Part shown: positions 61,419 to 64,000 of the stretch, piece by piece
Layout of the letters: each line of letters begins with the position of its first letter
Numbering within the stretch: position 1 is the first letter of the stretch
Source of the DNA: Deltaproteobacteria bacterium
Lineage (GTDB): Bacteria > Myxococcota > Myxococcia > Myxococcales > 40CM-4-68-19
NCBI GenBank assembly: GCA_005879315.1
Contig: VBLC01000036.1
Span: 22,002-86,001 of the forward strand
Direction: 5' to 3'
DNA: 64,000 nt
Program-made: the position numbers and the translations under genes
The notes under the pieces: generated by a model
Seen by the model: the letters and a program-made list of their open reading frames with translations, nothing else
What the model was told of the DNA's origin: nothing
The model's database searches: none

Positions 61419-62777
61419 GTGCTCCGGTTCGGCATCGCGCTCGCCGCTCTCGCCTCGTCCGGCTGCCTCGACTGCCGCACGGGCGGTCTGTTCTGCGGCG
61501 CCGAAGGAACGCCCGCGCCTGAACCGCGTGCGGTCTTGCCCAGCGCCTGCCAGCCGCGCGCGGTGATGCCGCGCTTCTTTGCGCTCATCGACAGCCGCGA
61601 TCCATCGCTCGCCGGCCTGCGCGTGGCGGTGGCCGATCTCGCCAGGCCCGTCTGCCTCTTGCCCCAGGACCGCGGCTGCATCAGCGACGACCAGTGCGCC
61701 GTCGGCCTGTGCAAAGACAGTCTCTGTCCCTGCCAGACCTCCTACAGCCCGCTCGCCGACCTGCTCGGCATCGCCCTCCGGGGCATGGCGACCATCGCCA
61801 CCGACGAGCTGCGCCGCACGATCGATGTGCTTGTGAAGTCCGGTGGGGCAAACGTGCTCGGCGACCTCAAGCGCGTGGTGCTCGCGCTGCTCGACTACGC
61901 CCAGGGCAAGACCGACGGCAAGACGCACTACGATCTCTTCACCGGCATCGGCCGCGCCGCCGGGGCCCAGACCGCCGCCTGCGACCCGGCCGCACCGTGG
62001 CAGATGCTGGACGCGGCGCTCGGCCAGCTCACCTCCGCGGTCGCCGCGCGGCAGCTCTCGCATCTGAAGACGCTCTTGATGCATCCGTACACCAGGCAGT
62101 TTCTCGCCGGGCTGTCGTACCCCGAGAGCGCGCAGGGGCGGGACAGCTGGATCGTGCTCGTCCACGCCATCGCGCCGTCGATCACGAACGCGAGGAGCGG
62201 CAGCGCGGCGTTGGACGCCGTCGCCGCGATCCTCCATCAGGTGACGAGCGGTGCGCCGCAGGACTTCATCGTCGCGCTCGATGCAGTCTTGTCGGACACG
62301 CGAGCCATGCTGGGGGATTCGGCCGGCATCTTTGCGCCGCTGCAGGCCGTGCTGCGCTGTGCCGGCAGCACCGAGGTGCGCTGCCCCGACTCTGGTCATT
62401 GCACGACCCACGACGACGAGCTGGTCGGCGCCTTCTACGATCTTCTCTCGCGGCCCGAGCAGGTGGTCGGCGGCGGCCTCGATCTCACCACCCTCCTCAC
62501 CACCCTCGTCGGCGCGCTCGAGTCTCTGGTCACGCTCGACCGCGCGGGCGAGGTCTTGCGCACGCTCCGGCTGGTCGTGCAGGGAATCGAGGGCAGTCCC
62601 GACCCGAACGACCCGCACGAGGCGCGCGATGCGGCCTTTGCGCTGGCCAAGGAAGCGCTCACTGCCGAGGAGGGCGCGCGGCTCGTGCCGGCGCTCAGCG
62701 TCCTCCTCGAGAACGGGGTGGTGCTCGAGCTCTTCACCCTGCTGCAAGACCTCCTCTCCACCTGCAAGCCCCGATGA
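61419..62777 (+). CDS. Cys-rich, largely helical lipoprotein of unknown function
   Basis: MLRFGIALAALASSGC lipobox; Cys clusters (CLLPQDRGCISDDQCAVGLCKDSLCPC). ATGA overlap with the next gene. Confidence 0.75.
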   Translation: MLRFGIALAALASSGCLDCRTGGLFCGAEGTPAPEPRAVLPSACQPRAVMPRFFALIDSRDPSLAGLRVAVADLARPVCLLPQDRGCISDDQCAVGLCKDSLCPCQTSYSPLADLLGIALRGMATIATDELRRTIDVLVKSGGANVLGDLKRVVLALLDYAQGKTDGKTHYDLFTGIGRAAGAQTAACDPAAPWQMLDAALGQLTSAVAARQLSHLKTLLMHPYTRQFLAGLSYPESAQGRDSWIVLVHAIAPSITNARSGSAALDAVAAILHQVTSGAPQDFIVALDAVLSDTRAMLGDSAGIFAPLQAVLRCAGSTEVRCPDSGHCTTHDDELVGAFYDLLSRPEQVVGGGLDLTTLLTTLVGALESLVTLDRAGEVLRTLRLVVQGIEGSPDPNDPHEARDAAFALAKEALTAEEGARLVPALSVLLENGVVLELFTLLQDLLSTCKPR

Positions 62778-64000
62778 AGCCCCGCTTGCTGGCAGCGCTG
62801 CTGTCCGTCGCCGCCGCGGCGCGCGCGAATCCCTTCGAGCTCTACGGTTTCACTCCGCGCGCGACGGGGATGGGTGGAGCGATGACGGCCGTGGGCGAGG
62901 ACCTGGGCGCGAGCTTCTACAACCCGGCGGCGCTGCTCGGCCACACCAGGACCGAGCTCGGCCTCGGCTTCGCCGACACCATCTCGAATCTCTGGATCCA
63001 CCGCGCCAGGGACGGCACCGCCGCTTCCCAAGTCGAGCGGGCGCCGCGCTTCGAGGGCGGAGTCATCTTCCCGCTGGGCGGCAACCTCCTCAAGGACCGG
63101 GTGGTGATCGGCATCGGCGGCGGCCATCCAATCGGCTCGCTCGTCCGGGTGCAGACGGTCGACGAGGCGCACCCGCAGTTCTACATGTACCAGAGCAAGG
63201 CGCAGCGTTTCGCGCTCGACGCCGCCGTCGGAGTGCGCATCGTCGAGGGCCTTTCCCTGGGCGTCGGCGTGCAGGTCATCGCCGAGCAGATCGGCCGGGT
63301 GAACTTTGCGCTCGACCTCGCCTCGCGACAGTTTCGCGCGCGCGACATCACCGTCGATCTCAACACCGTGCCGACCCCGACCGCCGGCATCCTCATCGAG
63401 CCGAGCGACCGCATCAAGATCGGCTTCTCCTGGCGCAAGGAGGCGCAGCTGTATTACGCGCAGCCGACCAGCATCGACCTGGGCGACCTGGGGACGCTCC
63501 GGCTCGACGTCGATGGCCTCGCCCAGTACTGGCCGCACGTCTTCAGCCTCGGCGTGTCGATCAAGGTCGAGCGCCTCCTCATCGCGATGCAGGCCGACTA
63601 TCTTCTCTGGTCGAACGCCCCCAACGACCAGGTCCACGTCAAAGTGACCCCGAGCGGCAACGTGCTGCAGGCGCTCGGCCTCGACGCGCTGCTCTCGATG
63701 GAGTCGGCCGACGCGCGGATGGGGTTCTCCAACGTCCTCGTTCCCCATCTCGCGCTCGAATACGTCTTTGGCGCGGCTCTCACGCTGCGCGCCGGCGGCT
63801 GGGTGCGCCCCTCGGTGGTCCCCGACCAGAGCGGCATCTCCAACTATCTCGACAACTTCAGCGAGTGCCTCGCGGCCGGCGCTACCGTCAGCTTCAGCGA
63901 TCCGCTCGAAGTCTTCACCGATCCCGTCCACCTCGACCTGGGCGGGCAGGTGATCATCGCGAACCCGCGCAGCGACAGGAAGCAGGCGGCCGAGGCGAGG
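62774..64000 (+). CDS. FadL/OmpP1-family outer-membrane transporter, partial (runs off the window)
   Basis: Not in the ORF track. MKPRLLAALLSVAAAARA/NPFELYGFTPRATGMGGAMTAVGEDLGASFYNPAALLG followed by beta-strands; open to the end of the window. Confidence 0.85.
   Translation, partial: MKPRLLAALLSVAAAARANPFELYGFTPRATGMGGAMTAVGEDLGASFYNPAALLGHTRTELGLGFADTISNLWIHRARDGTAASQVERAPRFEGGVIFPLGGNLLKDRVVIGIGGGHPIGSLVRVQTVDEAHPQFYMYQSKAQRFALDAAVGVRIVEGLSLGVGVQVIAEQIGRVNFALDLASRQFRARDITVDLNTVPTPTAGILIEPSDRIKIGFSWRKEAQLYYAQPTSIDLGDLGTLRLDVDGLAQYWPHVFSLGVSIKVERLLIAMQADYLLWSNAPNDQVHVKVTPSGNVLQALGLDALLSMESADARMGFSNVLVPHLALEYVFGAALTLRAGGWVRPSVVPDQSGISNYLDNFSECLAAGATVSFSDPLEVFTDPVHLDLGGQVIIANPRSDRKQAAEAR

Overview
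This is about 64 kb of high-GC, gene-dense, mostly core-genome DNA from a Myxococcota (deltaproteobacterial) organism; RomR-, FrzS- and Tgl-like genes and a GGM-tailed stand-alone GroEL support that placement. In order it holds: the end of a xanthine-dehydrogenase-family operon; a complete, translationally coupled his operon with an inserted HAD phosphatase; pyrD; a four-gene lipid cluster (CDP-alcohol phosphotransferase-GtrA-Svf1/AttH-like fusion, class III aminotransferase, MMPL/RND exporter, Aur1/IPC-synthase homologue); ppk1; queE-phzF-folE2; tgl-recO; thiSGE; crp-queD; fbaB; plsB; groEL-romR-valS-nadC-birA-coaX; frzS; an ECF sigma/anti-sigma pair; ald; a radical SAM gene; rlmI; proteases; and a lipoprotein-FadL pair. 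I recognised no tRNA, rRNA, CRISPR array, prophage or transposase. The best candidate for an undescribed system is the lipid cluster at 11.5-18.8 kb, a possible phosphosphingolipid or amino-headgroup lipid assembly and export pathway with a membrane-anchored Svf1-like domain. Other notable signals are many apparently leaderless sigma70 promoters, three in-frame fusions (ThiE-OMP, hypothetical-Tgl, ValS-PhaF/H1-like tail) and a MITE-like hairpin element with 21-bp terminal inverted repeats at 60.25-60.44 kb. All family assignments come from motif recognition by eye, with no database searches. Many ORF-track entries are GC-rich shadow ORFs, and several start codons were re-chosen by hand.
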